DNA of 64,000 bases, taken from contig NC_043013.1 in the NCBI RefSeq assembly GCF_006345805.1, positions 57,412,001 through 57,476,000 on the forward strand. The letters run 5' to 3'. The notes under the pieces were generated by a model. The model was not told the origin of the DNA, searched no databases, and was given only the letters and a program-made list of their open reading frames with translations. Source of the DNA: Octopus sinensis (lineage: Eukaryota). Shown here in pieces: positions 61,996 to 64,000 of this stretch (its first letter is position 1; each line of letters begins with the position of its first letter). The translations under genes were made by a program, and so were the position numbers.

Positions 61996-62166
61996 ATACA
62001 TACATACATTCGTAGATGTGTATTTAAGAAGTAGTCAGTTTGTCTGGAGAGAAATCCGTTCAAACTGAGCGTCTTATCTATTTCTATATTTTCCAAACAA
62101 TTTATCGGAAGACAGATTGCTAATGAAACACAGAAAGAGATAAGGAGAGAGATAGGCAGAGAAGTA

Positions 62167-62240
<74 letters not shown>
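61865..62240. repeat. (TA)n(TG)n and (GT)n(GA)n microsatellites
   Basis: Read directly. Confidence 0.9.
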
Positions 62241-62244
<4 letters not shown>

Positions 62245-64000
62245 CGGAAGACGAGTTAACAATGATGAAAACAAAGAGAAAATTGTGAGAGGAAAAACGA
62301 TAAACAGAAATATTTTTAGATATTTCTGTAAAACATCAGCAATTTGCGTTGGACGATGAAGATAAATTCTTTACTGTTTGTAGAGAGTACTACCTATCGA
62401 TTATTAGCACCGACTCATTCGTGCTCAAGTGCAATTGCTACGAATCTCCAGTCTTAGAATGTCTCGTTCGCATATTTCATTGCTACCACGAACAATTCCA
62501 ACCGTACTCGTCGTCCGATTGGTTTCTCCTGTCATACTCTTACGCTTATCTATTACTCGACTGCTTACAACTATCAATTCAGTGGAATAATCTGTATGGG
62601 GTCATTCGACTTGTTATCTGAAAGTGGTAATTCATAGAGGATAACCATTTTACGAAGAGAAAGGCAGAAAGGGCATGGCTGGAATATCTTTGCCCAAAAG
62701 ACAATGTCAAGAAATCAACAAAGTTTAAAGGAACAAAAATTCATTCAGATAACAACAACAACAAAAAACAAGAAAAAAAAACAGAACAAAAAACATGTGT
62801 AAGCGTAATGTGGTAATCTTTATTTCTAAACTTTGCTGTTTCAATTCTCAACTTCTCATGTACACGAACGATATCTTAAGATAACAGTTGTTGATCATCT
62901 CTTTAATATCTACCCATTCCTACAGTTAGAAATATTGCATTAACACCTACCACTCTATCTTGGATATAATGGAAATATTTAGTCACCTACCTTGCAGAAG
63001 TATATTTCCAGAAGCATTCATGCAACATGTCATCAGGTGTTTATCAATTTGGTTATAGAGAGTTCACTCTGAGGTAGAACTCGTGGTTCATAGAAAACGA
63101 TTCTGCAATAATCACAGTTAAGCTTTTCTTGGTCTTGCGATGTAAACAAGGCTGTGCATCCAGATTTATCTTTTACATGACAGATGTAGCCCAACGAAAA
63201 AATGTCGCTGAAAAACATCACAGGTGAAACAATCACAGACAAGAAAGTCATAATACAAAAGTTCAAATTCAGAAGATGACTTATTTTATTTTGCATAGTA
63301 ACTCTACGTATTGTTTGTCTGTTCATATTGGTGTAATGCCATGATATAAATTATGTTGTCATCGTGTACATGTGAGGCATTGCCAATTACCAAGAGATTA
63401 AAACTAATATCTGTTTAAGTAATATTTATAGAATTTAAATAAAATGAGATGTTTTTTTATTCTGAGTTTTGCAAAATTGTAACATTTTTCTCTGCTATTT
63501 TATTCCATTAACACATTTCCGTTCGCCAGTGTTTCTACTATTCTACGAATTAGAATCCAATTATTAATTTATTCTGCACGCAATAACTTAGAGATGTTCA
63601 GGTCTAGCATCAATTGCATTAGTCGGGCCAGTTTGTGTGTATGTGTGCGGGGCTAAATGCGTAAGGCTACAAACATCATGGGAAATACTCACTACATCTT
63701 TAACATTTATTAAAAACATAATATTAGATTTTAATTTTTACAATTTCTCTCAAATATAGTCTTTGCTATTCCTAAGCAAAGTAATTGAAAGCATCCCTTG
63801 AAATATATACATCAGTAATAAATCGGTGACTGCATGCAGTTTTGGGCGCTGGGAAACTTTCTAAGTAATGTAAAATCGAAAAACCCTAAATCTCAGAATA
63901 ATGAGAATGTGGATCTAGAATTCGAAAGGATTGCACGATGCATATTTATGGTTATCATATGAGAAACAGGGACAATTACTTTCATTTTTCAAAATTATGT

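Noticed and set aside
62349-63326. Non-repetitive ORFs 62349..62621 (+) and 63033..63326 (-)
   Set aside because: Non-ATG or weak starts, no recognisable domain and no convincing splice-site pair; compatible with chance ORFs.

Overview
Eukaryotic, AT-rich, microsatellite-dense genomic DNA that reads as intronic or intergenic. The tRNA-derived SINE families and the LINE mix resemble those I recall from coleoid cephalopods (most likely Octopus); this taxon call is an inference. I recognise no host protein-coding gene, rRNA, true tRNA or CRISPR array, and most ORFs in the track are microsatellite translations or antisense shadows of transposon ORFs. Main contents: (1) a 2.55-kb GC-rich array of about 73 copies of a 35-bp unit (26473-29025); (2) a chain of R4/Dong-clade LINE pieces inserted head-to-tail into (TAA)n tracts (48005-53530), including a near-complete 3.5-kb copy with no in-frame stops and only three 1-2 nt frameshifts; (3) an adjoining rearranged Penelope-like element (RT + GIY-YIG) with three terminal-repeat copies carrying degenerate minimal hammerhead-like folds; (4) a Helitron helicase remnant with an intact 3' end, plus a short non-autonomous Helitron beside a circularly permuted inverted duplication; (5) mariner/Tc1, RTE and CR1 remnants, many SINEs (three with 13-16 bp TSDs) and several foldback palindromes. 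A few small candidate host exons are reported at low confidence. All alignments and counts were done by eye, and remnant boundaries are approximate.
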